DNA from: Octopus sinensis
Taxonomy: Eukaryota
NCBI RefSeq assembly: GCF_006345805.1
Contig: NC_043006.1
Coordinates: forward strand, 11,036,001-11,100,000
DNA length: 64,000 nucleotides
Direction: 5' to 3'
The notes below the pieces were generated by a model. That model did not search any database, was not told the origin of the DNA, and saw only the letters and a list, made by a program, of their open reading frames with translations. This document shows positions 27,177-42,587 of this stretch, in pieces (the first letter of the stretch is position 1; every line of letters begins with the position of its first letter). A program made the translations under genes and the position numbers.

Positions 27177-27744
27177 TATATATATAGAGATCATACAGTA
27201 CCATTAATCAATGTTTCATGGTGGTTGTAACCATTCAGATGGCATTCAAAATATCGTTTGTTTTTTTTAAATGGATAACGCATAATGTTGTGAGTCTGTG
27301 TACCAATTCTATATCTACGTTTATTTGCATCAGTAGACCAATGAATTTTCGTTTGCTTACTTTTCTCATATAATTCTCTTCCGTTAGAATTTATTCACGT
27401 TCCAATTTCGGAACATAACATCCGTGCGTTGTGTATTTTTGTCTAAATATTTCATGTCGTGTCACAGTGATTTTATGTAGTTCAATGTTTCTTTTCCTTC
27501 CGTTTATTTACAGTGACATTTCTTTGAATCTTAATCTCTTGATAACAATGTTTATTAACATACATTTTTCATGTCAATGACGTTTCTTTTCATTTGCTTT
27601 ATCTGTTTTTTTTTTTTTATTTGAAAATGTTGACAAGTGGTGTATGAACCGATTTTGAAAATGTTTTCTTACACAACCTTCAGTTTTCGCCAACTTCTTT
27701 CTGATGTTGTCATAGCTTTGTATAAAACTGATTTATCTCTTTTA

Positions 27745-27900
27745 TCTTTCTTACTTGTTTCAATCATTAAACTGCGGCCATGCTGGGGCACCGCCTTGAA
27801 ATTTTAGCCAAATGAATCCACCCCAATACTTATGTATTTAAGCCTGAAATTAATTCTCTTCGTCTGTTTGTCGAACCGCTAAATTATGGAGACGTAAACA
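27745..27900 (-). mobile_element. old SINE family A 3' fragment
   Basis: ACTGCGGCCATGCTGGGGCACCGCC..GAACCGCTAA. Confidence 0.7.
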
Positions 27901-29564
27901 TGTTATTATACGGAAGTAGACATTTCTAGTTTTTACAACCAGTTTCTGCAGGTAAAGACATTCAGTCGCCCTTTCCATCCAGGAGACTAAAGGTAGCATT
28001 TTCATTAGTATTAGCAACCTCTCTATATCCCCTCTCCATACCAGAACTACGGTGAGATCCAAAGTCTTGCGGGACAGTTGGAAATGCATTACGTATTCCT
28101 GATGGCTGTGATGGCCGACGAAACATCAGCAGTTAGATAATTCCAGTCGTCTTCACTTTATTATCAGTTTCCTCGCGGTCAAGAGTATAACGCTGAGTAT
28201 AACACTAAATGACCCAAGTTCTCCATGTGATCTGCAGACTACCATTTCACTCACTACAGTCGAATCTCACCAGATCCTTTTCCGAATCCTTCGGGGTACA
28301 CCTAAATCAATGTACAACAAATAGGAATAGCAACCAACCGAGGTTCTAATTCTCTTTGCTACTGAAAAGTTTGTAACTTCAGTAGCCCCGTTGGTTGCAA
28401 CTTTAGAAGAATGGTCTTTTAATAATACATAACTTCATGAGAGATAAATCGAAAGGTCCTCAAAAGCTCAAAAGGAACATTAATTCCTCGTGCATGGGAA
28501 ATATGATAGAAAACAATTATTTGCCATGGTTCTTTCACTATTTATCTTCCATTCTGACTCAATAAGATATTGTTTGAGAGAGAAATAAGAGACAGACAAA
28601 AGTCCCTGATCTATAACCTGTGATTCCGCATCACTTCACAATTTCAAATAAAGTATTTCGCTGATATTGTATAATATTGTATGCGTCGTGTTGAATCACT
28701 AAAGTTAAAGAATTTGGCGGGATAGTATTACATATTAATGGAGTCTACGAAGTGTTAAGAAATTTTGTAAAGTATTCATCGATTAATCTTGTATCATGTC
28801 AGCTTTGTTCAATGTTCAATTGATGCGTAATCGCTAGTTTAACGTGTAAAGATAGATCGATAATATCACCTTCAAGGTACAGATCAACAAGCTAGTGATG
28901 TGAACTAAGTGAAATGTAATTCATATACACCGAACTAATGATGAAGAATTTAGAAGTATACATGCGAATACACATTGTCAAAGTGATTTATCGTAAATTT
29001 AAGATCGAAGACAAAGTAACTTGCTTTATTATACTTTTTCTGTTTCACATACATTGTATGACATTATATCCTGTTAAACAAATGTGCTTAACTCTCGCTT
29101 GTTGAATTTATGCCTTTGTGTACATATAAAAGCCATTGATGATCAAAGATAATTATTTGCATATATATTAATATATTGTTGAAGAAAAATACTATCAGAC
29201 AGAGATATTAGAATTTATTCGTCCGAGACTTTATCAGGACGTTCTGACACCCTACATGAATACAGTATAATCTTGATCAAACGCAGGAATATCTGTGAGG
29301 TCAATTTACCGCCAAGAAATCCTACCCTAAACGTCTCGTACATCACACTCTCCTGTCTTATGTAAAGATGGCACTATTTAGATAATGTAGTTCTACATAT
29401 ATCCAAACAGAAGGGATTTTCATGGCTGGAAAGCCTTTGACTTTGTGCTTGCGCAAGATGAGTTAACTAATGGTAAACCAACAACATTATATAATCTATT
29501 TTTATCATATAGTTCTAAACGAAGAACTATGTTGTCAAAAAGTAGGAAGCTTCTACCATCAATA

Positions 29565-29800
29565 TATATTTCTTTACTGCCCACAAGGGGCTAAACATAG
29601 AGGGGACAAACAAGAACAGAGAAACGGATTAAGTCGATTACATCGACCCCAGTGCGTAACTGGTACTTATTTTATCGACCCCGAAAGTATGAAAGGCATA
29701 GTCGACCTCGGCGGAATTTAAACTCGGAACGTAACGGCAGACGAAATACGGCTACGCATTTCGCCCGGTGTGCTAACGTTTCTGCCAGCTCACTGCCTTC
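29565..29800 (-). mobile_element. SINE family B, full length
   Basis: Co-linear with 17662-17894; degenerate TSD CTACC(A/C)TCA(A/G)TATA. Confidence 0.92.
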
Positions 29801-30672
29801 CTACCCTCAGTATAAGATTTGGTATCAGCCATTCCGTTAGTATTCTAGTAGCTTAATGAAAATGGGTATATCATGGTACTGAGTTAAGTGAGATTATGCT
29901 TCAACTCTAGTGGAAAGCTTTTTATTCTGGCAAATTATCTATATTTATAAAACGATCATGAGAGCAATACGGTGTGTTATGTTGTTTGTACTTGTTGTTG
30001 AAGATGAGGTCTTTATGTGAATAACTTAATTCATGAATTTTATTAAGAAGATTTAGTTAAGTATTTCTAGATGATTTGTAGGGCTTGGAGGCGTATATTT
30101 CTTTGTATTATCGATAAAAATGGGATTATAAATGTGCACAAAAAGCAATCGACTAATCTCAATCTTCATAAAGAAATTAAGAAGCTATTTTTCATTAAAT
30201 AATTGATATTTCTTCAACGGTACTGTTTGATGGGATAACCAGGAGAACATGCTGGTTGAATTGTTGTCTTGTTGTTGTGTAGCTCCATATCAATTTTCAG
30301 TGGGTATGCCTATTGTTAACACAATACCAAACCATTTCTCTATATTTTTTCAAACTACAATGCATCTGGACTGCAATATACAATGTATTCACTGTAATTT
30401 ATAACAAATAGGTTTGTCAGAACAATGTTTGGCTACTATTTCTAGTTAAGCCAAATGATTGCATAGAGGCCAGCTCATATTTGTTTAAAGCTGATTGCTT
30501 AAAACGAATAAATTCTTGGCTACAAACATTCTAAAATTCAAGTAAAACGAAACCTTAGCATTAAAATTCCAGCAGCAGTTAATTTTTAAAAAGTACCAGT
30601 GAAAAACTAACGAAATATTTTTGCTGGAATATAACTGAAATAAATCCAAAGATCCAATTTTCAGTGAAATTG

Positions 30673-30704
<32 letters not shown>

Positions 30705-30709
30705 GTAGC

Positions 30710-30765
<56 letters not shown>

Positions 30766-30767
<2 letters not shown>

Positions 30768-30961
30768 CAAAAACACCAGGACTTACAAACACATATAACA
30801 TACAGAAAATTGCACTACTAGGCACTGCACACATCCTACGCAGAACACTTTCCATACAATAACCATCAGAGCATCACAACAAATCACAGCACATACCCAA
30901 GGCACACAGAGCTGCGCTCGGTAGTGAAGTGAAAGCACGCTATAAAAAAATAAAACTACTG
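30766..30961 (+). mobile_element. R4/Dong-type element, 3' 196 bp only, within (AAT)n
   Basis: Nearly identical to 33652-33847 (..IALLGTAHILRRTLSIQ* + 3' UTR); (AAT)n on both sides. Confidence 0.9.
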
Positions 30962-30975
30962 AATAAATAATAATA

Positions 30976-31032
<57 letters not shown>

Positions 31033-31059
31033 GAAGAAGAAGAAGAAGAATAATAATAA

Positions 31060-31373
31060 CGACCAGACATAGGAAATCAGACATTGTTGTGGTGAACAAA
31101 AGACAAATAACATGTATAATAATCGGTGACAACAGGATCAATGTGAAAGAAGAATAAAAAATAAGCAACTGTGAAGATTTGAAGTGGGAAATACGAAGGT
31201 TGTGGTCAATGAAGAGAGTAGACATGATACCACTAGTAATTCGTGCACTCAAAAGTTTCAGCTCTGAACTAGCAATATGGCTGAAAAAGATCGGTGCATG
31301 TGTGAAGGTAGAACACCTACAAAAATCAGCATTGCTTGGAACTACAAGAATTCTTCGCAGGGTTCTTGAAGTC
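31060..31373 (+). mobile_element. second R4/Dong-type family, RLE C-terminal fragment
   Basis: RPDI..DIVVVNK; KWEIRRLWSMKRVDMIPLVI; HLQKSALLGTTRILRRVLEV. Confidence 0.8.
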
Positions 31374-31569
31374 AACGCCGAACCAGACAGCGGGGAATTT
31401 TACCAGTACGTCTGTATTTCAACGTATCTTGTTCGTTGGCATAGATTTGCCCTTCCAGTTGCTGAGCCGCAAGTCTACTGACTTGCTCGGATTTTTCATA
31501 GCTCCTGCCATCGCATCGTATTCTTTTAAAATGGAATCAACTCGGCGTACTAATGATTTGTCATACACT
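31374..31569 (-). mobile_element. inverted R4-type ORF fragment (region upstream of the zinc knuckle)
   Basis: RLSNWKGKSMP..VWFG resembles the WxxKxMHGQY..WL block. Confidence 0.45.
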
Positions 31570-31585
31570 AATAATAATAATAATA

Positions 31586-33911
<2,326 letters not shown>

Positions 33912-33922
33912 TAATAATAATA

Positions 33923-34380
33923 GGCTACAGCAAATATTCTGCTCAATACCACAGATTTCCTTGTCAGTTGTTTGACCTTAACCAGTTGAGCATGTCCCTT
34001 AGTGGCTGACGATATGCAGTTCTCTGATCACGAGCAGAAGTAGTGGGGAAGCATCATAGTCATGTGTTGAGAGGGATTCTTAGAGGTTTGGATAGTTCAT
34101 CTTTGGAAACATGGGTGGTTCGTTCAACATCCTTAAACAACCCTTATTCAGGCACCTTTTGAGCGGGTTGGGTTACTCGACTAGAAGAAAATTCTAACTG
34201 GGCCCCACCTGCAAGTTCATGCGCTGTTTATCTTGATATGAGATCACCATGTCACGCACATATGGTTGTGATGCATGTGCCTGGTGTATCCATATCAGAC
34301 GGGTAGTCATGATGGGTATACTGGGCTTCGTATATTTTACTCCAGTGTCACTTTGATGGCATGAACTGCTCTCTCACTCA
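33923..34380 (+). mobile_element. unclassified 458-bp non-coding interspersed element between (AAT)n tracts
   Basis: Its 5' about 170 bp recurs in reverse at 51063-51245; no ORF and no clear tRNA head. Confidence 0.6.
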
Positions 34381-34394
34381 ATAATAATAATAAT

Positions 34395-34590
34395 CATTCT
34401 ACTTTAGGCACAAGGCCTGAAAGTTGGGGTTAGGGGATAATCGATTTCATCGACCCCAGTGTTTCACTGATACTTAATCTATCGACGCCGAAAGGATGAA
34501 AAGCAAAGTTGACCTCGGTGGTATTTGAAATCAGAACGGAAAGACGGGCGAAATAACGCTAGTCATTTTGCCCAGTGTAGTAACGATCTG
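34395..34590 (-). mobile_element. old SINE family B
   Basis: ATCGACCCCAG..CGAAAGGATGAAAAGCAAAGTTGACCTCGG. Confidence 0.8.
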
Positions 34591-35075
34591 TCATACAATG
34601 ATACTAATAACAATAATAATAAATAATTCAATTTTCACTACATTTGTTTACCAAATAGTAATACTAATGCTATCAAATTAAATTCACGTTAACCGGAAGA
34701 CGTCTAGTGTAAACCCGCGCCATATTGATTATGATAGTAGTACAAATACAGTTTCTGGAGTTTCCATGAAAGTCTGAGCGAAGAATACGAAGTAGGAAGT
34801 GATCATATTTATGATTTTACTCAAACAATATCTCAAAGTTATTAAAAACGGAAACTTTAATAAAACAATTCTGTGTTCCACACTTAATTTGCTTCAGTCT
34901 GACGATAAATATGCGTGTGTGTATGTCTGTATAAGATTATATATACGTATGTGTGTGTATGTATGTGTGTGTGTGTGATGTGTGCGCGTGTGTATGTGTT
35001 TGTGTGTAAATAAAAAAATTCAGTTTAACCAGTATATGTATATATATATGGAAAAAAGTCATGATAGAAAAAGCT

Positions 35076-35117
<42 letters not shown>

Positions 35118-35251
35118 TATATATATATATTATGTATATATCTTATATATAATATATGTATATATATATATATATATAATATATATATATATTATATATA
35201 TGTATATATATATAATGTATATATATATAATATATATATTATATATATATA

Positions 35252-35294
<43 letters not shown>

Positions 35295-35698
35295 AACACA
35301 TAAATTCCACAAACAATATAAAACTTCCTAATATTAGTTTACGCAGCACTAGCAAAATCCATTCTAGTCTCGGCATGCCTTGTTATGTTTTCAATAAGCA
35401 TACATACGTACATACATACATTTATAGATACATACATATATACTTACATTTATAGATACACGAACACATATACATACACGTGGGTGTGTGCTTACTTATA
35501 TAATTGTCTGTGAATGTCGTTTACGTGTGTGTGTGTGTGTATATATATGTGTGTGTGTATGTGTGTGGGTGTCTGTGTGTATACGTATCGATGGACTGAA
35601 AGATGAGTGGATGTTTATGTGCGTGTGTGTATATATATAGATATATAGATACATAGATATATACCTATATATATATGTGTGTGTGTATTATATATATG

Positions 35699-35749
<51 letters not shown>

Positions 35750-35772
35750 ACGTATATATATATATACATATA

Positions 35773-35826
<54 letters not shown>

Positions 35827-36347
35827 ATATATGCATACGCGTGTATGTATGTATGTATGTTATTAGTATGATGATGGTTTCCATTTCCTCTTTTTCTCCT
35901 ACTGTTCACTGTTAGCACAATTTCAATGAAAGCCACCAGGTGACCGACATTGGTGAACTTTTATTGATACTCTATTATTTAGTAAACAGCCGACATCAAA
36001 GTCAATAGTTGCTATGGAAGGAATCAATTGGTTGTGTTGGTGGCGCGAACTCATCTTTCATAAAGGGAGAAAACTTTGTCAGATCGTAAATGGCGAAAAT
36101 GAACAATATTCCGCCATACCAATAATGTATATTGCGATATTTCTTATTTGATATGTACGCGTGTACATATACATGTATACGTGTAGGGTTGTTTGCACGT
36201 GTCTCAGTATGTGCATGTATGCATATATAGACACACAACCTCTTAAACATGAAACGTACACGCTCACATACATACTTACATATAAACACACATATATGCA
36301 CATTTCGCATGTTATGTAGCGTATGTATATACATATATATTTTAGTG

Positions 36348-36399
<52 letters not shown>

Positions 36400-36420
36400 A
36401 TATATGTATGTATTTATATA

Positions 36421-36621
36421 TTCGCCATGATAGATCGTTAGCCACTACAACCATTTTTTACTCTCCTTGTTTCTCTCCTTGTTTTTTTCTGTGTCCCTTT
36501 CTGTAGAAGAGCGTAGGCTCAAAATGTAAAAGACTGTTTCTATTCATGAGCGTTATACTTATACATCTGTGTGTTTTGTACACCACCTGTCTTCGTCTTC
36601 CGTTTTTTCGTAAACTATCCC

Positions 36622-36622
<1 letters not shown>
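36421..36622 (+). mobile_element. hammerhead-like module M1
   Basis: CTTT-CTGTAGA-A-GAGC-GTAG-GCTC-AAAA-T-GTA-AAAG at 36497-36532; (TA)n on both sides. Confidence 0.8.
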
Positions 36623-36652
<30 letters not shown>

Positions 36653-36699
36653 TATATATATGTATTTATATAAGGGTGGAAAGGAACACACGAGTTGAT

Positions 36700-36930
36700 A
36701 TATATGAAAAAACAAGTCAAAATAGAAAATGCTAAGATGATTTTATAGTGAATCTTTCAGTACCGGTTTCGGTCATTTTGAGACCTTTTCAACTGTAACG
36801 ATTAAATAATTAAATTTAGAAAAATTAGGAGAAAAGTTTTTTTAAAAGAATATTTCTGTAGTAGTGTTCAGATATAAGTAGCATTCTGCCTTTCTCTGTC
36901 TCCCTTGTTTGCACTTGTGTGTTCGAGGTC
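36700..36930 (-). mobile_element. solo PLE 3'-terminal module M2
   Basis: The reverse complement aligns with 5290-5515, the 3' end of the first PLE. Confidence 0.85.
36758..36795 (-). ncRNA. type I hammerhead, U3-A8 core variant, intact
   Basis: CAG-TTGAAAA-GGTC-TCAAAAT-GACC-GAAA-CCGG-TA-CTG; stem III palindrome ACCGGT, GUA triplet. Confidence 0.75.
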
Positions 36931-37172
36931 GTATATATATGTATATAGGTATATGTATAGGTATTGCATGATATTTGTAGATATATCGATAGATTGTTTT
37001 TATGTGAATTTATATATATAAGAAATTAAGCGGAAAGATTACTTACGTACTCTACTAATCTGTAGAGTACCTATTTATCTTTTATAAAATGAAAAACTGA
37101 AAGTCCCTGTCAGGTGTTTCCTTGCAGAAGTTAATATACTTAAACATATATATGTATTTATATATGTTTATA

Positions 37173-37242
<70 letters not shown>

Positions 37243-37949
37243 CATGTCTACATACATATACGTATGTACATATGCAATATCTATCTATATTCACACACAC
37301 ACAATATATACGTATATAAATTGGAAATGAAGTTGAAAATGCAAAGACAGTATATCAGAATTAATTAGAAGTTAATTATATTTTAAAATATATGAATGCA
37401 CCTGACCGTTACACCAGGTTTTCAAAGGAGTATAGCGTATGGAGCTGTGTTGCGAATTATGTCTCTTCTGGCTTTTGATATCAAAATAGTTTGTTTTGAA
37501 AATAAGTAAGTGGCTCAAAACATTATCCGTTAACGTACATATTGATTGGTCAACATTCATGTATTTCGCTCATGTGACAATTGTGTGAGAAGGTCACATC
37601 ACAGGTTTTCTTCATTTAAAATGTCATATGACGGTTTGGAAAGAGATATATGAATAAGTGATGTAATAATTTATTACATAAATGTGTAATAGATTATTAT
37701 TGTTTACTATTTTATCGAAGAATAATGTTATCAATTAATGTTAGTCCTTCCCATTGAACACTTTAAAACATATCCCTTCTTTATTAACAACCTGTAGGGC
37801 AAGTAAGATGTTGGATTGTGGATTAAATAAGATAGATATTAACTGCTACATGAATTTAAGGTTTTCTAAAAAACGAGCCGAAGAAGAAATTCTTCAATAA
37901 TTCACTTCATAAGAAAATGAGAGTCGCGTACTACTGATGTTTTTATAAC

Positions 37950-39090
37950 CTGTCCAACAGTCATTTGTATTTTTCAATAAATGAACTTTCCTTATTAGTC
38001 TTTGCTTGTTCTGGAGTATCGTCTAGACATTGGTAGAATGGGAAGACATGTAATTTAGGGAATTTGGTTTTCGTGAATGTTACAAGATGTTTACTATATG
38101 GAATTTATTTTGAGATCCCGTATTTTTTGAAGATGAATATTTAATATCATTCTTGAAGAAAGTTTAGTTTGTCCAATGTAGTCTTCCCTGCATCCATTAC
38201 ATTTGATAGCATATACTAACTTTTGTGAAGAGCAAGTAAAATGTTTTTTCGCGGTAAAAACTTTCCCTGGTTTAAATTTATAAGTTGTATCCTCTACAAG
38301 GTTTTCACAAGTTCCACAATTGGATCGGCTACACTTTTTAACTGTTGAAATTGAGTCCATTGTTGATAGCTTAACGATGGTGATTAAATTTTGGGGGGAC
38401 TTTGGTTGCCTTTTGATTTGAATATTTTGTATGATTCAAGTGCCTTTTTCATTCTTAGGTCTGGGCTCGATAACCGTACGTTCTGATCGATAATGCTGAG
38501 CGTTTCTATGTTTCTTTGGTTGTGTGTAGTATAAAGAGTTTTGAGTGTATCTGAATTGTTTTCCGCTTACCAAAGTTTATTGTTTCGCCACGTTCTATTC
38601 TATTCTCTACTAAAGTAGAAGCGCCTGTTTTAATTCAAGGAGTTTTCCTTTTAATTCTGAACATCCGGATCGGAGAAAATTGTGCAGATTCTCGTAGCTA
38701 GATTAAATATAATGTTGGATATGATATGTTTTGGGTGGCACGAAGTAAATAGTAGGTTCTGTTTAGAGTTCGTTGCTGTGTAGTAGATGTCGGTTTCGAT
38801 GAGTATCATTCTGAATAATCAAAATGTCTAAGAAGGGAAGAGGTTATGATTAAATTCCATGAACAACTGAATACTGTTATTGATACTTTTCTGTAGCAAT
38901 CTGAAATTATTCACTTCATCTAGGTTGTATGTCCACAGAATAAGGCAGTCATCTAAGCATTGCTTCCTATTTTTCACCAGATAATTTTGAAAGTTGCTAC
39001 GATACTTTGTTTTAGCTCGTTCATACATTCGGAGTTCTAGATATTGAAACAATAACTTTTTACTGGAATTGGCTATGGTGCCCAAAGAAT
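37950..39090 (-). mobile_element. degraded Penelope-like element (same clade as 3533-5515)
   Basis: CLDDCLILW; CGTC..FTCSSQKLVYAIKCNGCREDYIGQT. Confidence 0.85.
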
Positions 39091-39123
39091 GGCTATAATA
39101 TAAAACATCATTAAATGTCTTTT

Positions 39124-39185
39124 CCAGGTGATGCTATTAAGTTGGTTATGGCCTGGATGAATTCTGGCCAAAACTTATCTGAGTA
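39124..39185 (+). mobile_element. isolated LINE 3'-tail fragment
   Basis: CCAGGTGATGCTATTAAGTT..ATGGCCTGG..TGGCCAAAAC matches 8245-8300. Confidence 0.6.
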
Positions 39186-39229
39186 CAAACACACACGCTC
39201 GCACACATATAACTACATATATATATATC

Positions 39230-39450
39230 CTTTTATTCTTTTATTCATTTACTTGTTTCAGTCATGTGACTGTGGCCGTATTTTTAGTCGAAGAAATCGA
39301 TCCCAGGACTTATTCTTCGTAAACCCAGTAGTTTTTCTATCGAGCTCTCTCTTTTGCTGAACCTCTATCTTACGGAGACGTAAACACACCAACATCGGTT
39401 ATCAAGATATGGTGGGGAGGGACAAATGCAGGCACAAAGACACACCCATA
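39230..39450 (-). mobile_element. SINE family A 3' half, diverged
   Basis: Family A tail and body motifs in reverse. Confidence 0.75.
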
Positions 39451-39700
39451 TGTATAGAATTCGGCATGAAAAAGTACCATTTTTCGGTAAACTTAAACAA
39501 TATTTTATAATTACGGGTATAATTATAATTAGGGTTCAGCAAAGATTTGCTTTACCACATACCGAAGTTTAGAAATAGCAGCTAAAGAACCTTAGCTATT
39601 TCTTCTACTATAAGAAGAGGCTTCCGGACAAAACAAAATACTCGAAATAACCCACGCAGACAGAGAGGAAAAATAACGAAATTCAATCAGTATTTGATTA

Positions 39701-39783
39701 CCTGTGGACACGTTTCGGAATTAGATCGGTATGAAGAATGTAAGAATCATACTTCACCCAAAAGTTTTCCTCTTCAGCATAGG
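39701..39783 (-). ncRNA. type I hammerhead ribozyme, canonical core, 46-nt stem II insertion
   Basis: CCTATG-CTGAAGA-GGAA(46 nt)TTCC-GAAA-CGTG-TC-CACAGG; GUC triplet. Confidence 0.7.
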
Positions 39784-39915
39784 ATTCCACGATATTAAAT
39801 TTGAGAGCACTGGAAAAATTGAACATACCTATCCAATTCAAACAGTATCAGACAGATCATATTCAACGTCTAGTACCGACATATATGTATATATATATAT
39901 AATATATATATATAT

Positions 39916-39966
<51 letters not shown>

Positions 39967-40004
39967 ATATATAATATATATATATATACATATATATATA
40001 AAAA

Positions 40005-40110
40005 GGAAATGAAGAAAATGCTGACAAAATAATTTAAGTAATTTAAGTAATTTAATTAGGTGAGAGTTCTTTTTACCGGTTGCACATTTGTTATGCTTAT
40101 CAAAAGATAT
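40005..40110 (-). mobile_element. divergent M2-type module with decayed U3-A8 hammerhead
   Basis: TTGATAA-GCAT-AACAA-ATGT-GCAA-CCGG-TA at 40074-40103, followed by the AAATTATTT..AGCATTTTCT tail as in M2. Confidence 0.55.
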
Positions 40111-40585
40111 TTTTTTAAGAGAGATAGAGTTCCTTTCTGATAGATTTTTTGGTGTGTGTGTGTGTGTGCATGTGCGTGTGTGTGCAAATATAAAGCTGAT
40201 ATAACTGTTTTATTAACATAAGCAGTTCAAACTGTCAAATAGCACTTGCTGGTTGAGTAACCCTTCTATACAAAGTTAGTACTCAACTTAATTTCCATCA
40301 CATTTGCTCAGTGCATGAATGCATGAAACCAGCTCACCAATGCACTGTTTGTATCAAGTTTCTCACCATCACATTTACTTCAAACTGTGTCATCAACTCG
40401 TTATTCCCGAAAATTGTCGAATCAGGAATTATTTCAGATAATCTATATATCAAGAGAAAATCATTGACTGCGGCACTATAAGTTGCAATGTGAGTATGTA
40501 TTATTCGGGTATCACGATTGTATAGGCATATATGTAAATATAGCTATTGTATATATATATATAATATATATATATTATATATATA

Positions 40586-40619
<34 letters not shown>

Positions 40620-40867
40620 TTGTATATGCATTATACATATGTATATATATCTATGGACATATATATACTGTATACATATATATGTATTATGTATATATAT
40701 ATATATATATGTGTTATATATATATATGTGTGTGTATTATTTACATATGTATATATATATGTATATGTATATATATTTGAATATATGTGTATGTATATGT
40801 ATATGTATATATATATTATATAAGTAATACTAAGCAATAAGGGTTTAGCAACGATTGCCTTCTTCAT

Positions 40868-40916
<49 letters not shown>

Positions 40917-41678
40917 GTATATAGTATTTATTGTATGTATTTGTGTATATCATATATATATATTGTATGTATTTGTATATATATATATATATATATATAT
41001 CTATATATATATTGTTGTATTTGTGTATATACATATCTATATTGTATATTTGTATATATATATATATATAATTATATATATATATATATATTATATATAT
41101 ATATGCTTGCTTTCAACATTTAAACTTTTAAATTGATTAGATCGTCAATTCCAGGAAAACAATACTTTATGCTTAGAAGACTAAAAGCACATCAAGCATA
41201 ATACTTTCTCTAAGTTTTTTTGTGTTCATGAATTTGTTTTGTGTTGTTTTGTTTTGTTTTGTTTTGGGTTTTTTTTGCTCCACAAGTATGCGAAATATCA
41301 ACAGCAACGGCAACAACAACAAAATTAATAATAATAACAATATTAACAACAGCAAATATCATTAATGTTAGACGCATGACCGCTGGCAAAGTTTGTATGC
41401 ATTTAAGAGTGAATGCGGAGAACAGTGTGTGGGTGATGTGAGGAAACAAGGAGAAGTGTGTCTGCGAGTTGGTTGGTTGGTTGGAGTGAGTATAGAGAGT
41501 GTTGGTTGGTGGTAGGTTGAGTGATTGAGTAATTGAGTGAGTGATGGTTGTGTTGTGAGTGAAGGTGGGAGAGAGTTTGCGTGTGGTTTTGACTGTGTTA
41601 ATGACAACATAAAGAAAGAAGAGGAAGTGGAAGTGGAAGGATGACTGGAAAATCACTTGGTGGGAGAAAAAAATAGCC

Positions 41679-41716
<38 letters not shown>

Positions 41717-42489
41717 GTGTGTGTGTGTGTGCGTGTGTAGGAAAAGATAAAAGAAAAATCGAAATATAGAGATGAAAGAAGGAGAGGGAATGAGATGAAT
41801 GAAAGAGAGGAAGAAACTCGTCATGAATAGAGTAGTGTGTACATTTGAAGTGTACGATGAAAGAATCGGTGAAAAATGAAAGAAAAAGAAAAAAGGGGAA
41901 ATAAATAATGACCAGAAGAAAAAAAAAAGAAATGAAGAAGACCAACAACAACAACAATGACAACAACAACAACAACAACAACAATAGAAACAATAACAAC
42001 AACAACAGCAACAATAACAACAACAACAACAACAATTACAGCAACAACTGAAAAGCAAATGCGAAGAGTGTTTGATGATAAATCTACAACTTAAATAGGG
42101 ATGTAAACAAAAGCGAACAAAATTATAAAAAGAAACACACACACACACTCACGCACACACCCACACGCATATATATATATATATATATACATATATGTAT
42201 GTATGTATGTACGTATGTATGTATATATAAATGTAGATATATATATGTGTGTGTGTGTATATATATACATATATATATATATGTATTAAATATGCATAAA
42301 ATAGTATATATAGATCTACAAACACATGTATATATATATATATATATGTATGTGTGTACGTACGTATGTATGCACGCACGTATATATATATGTGTGTGTG
42401 TGTGTACGTATATATATATGTATGTATTAAATATGCATAAAATAGTATATATAGATCTACAAACACATGTATACATACATACATAATAT

Positions 42490-42522
<33 letters not shown>

Positions 42523-42523
42523 G

Positions 42524-42587
<64 letters not shown>

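Noticed and set aside
28099-28129. CTGATGG..GACGAAACATC
   Set aside because: A9 missing and stem II not in register; better explained as a CTGATG/CATCAG hairpin in an old repeat.
28358-28386. GCTACTGAA/TTCAGTAGC hairpin
   Set aside because: Isolated, single copy, and expected by chance in 64 kb.
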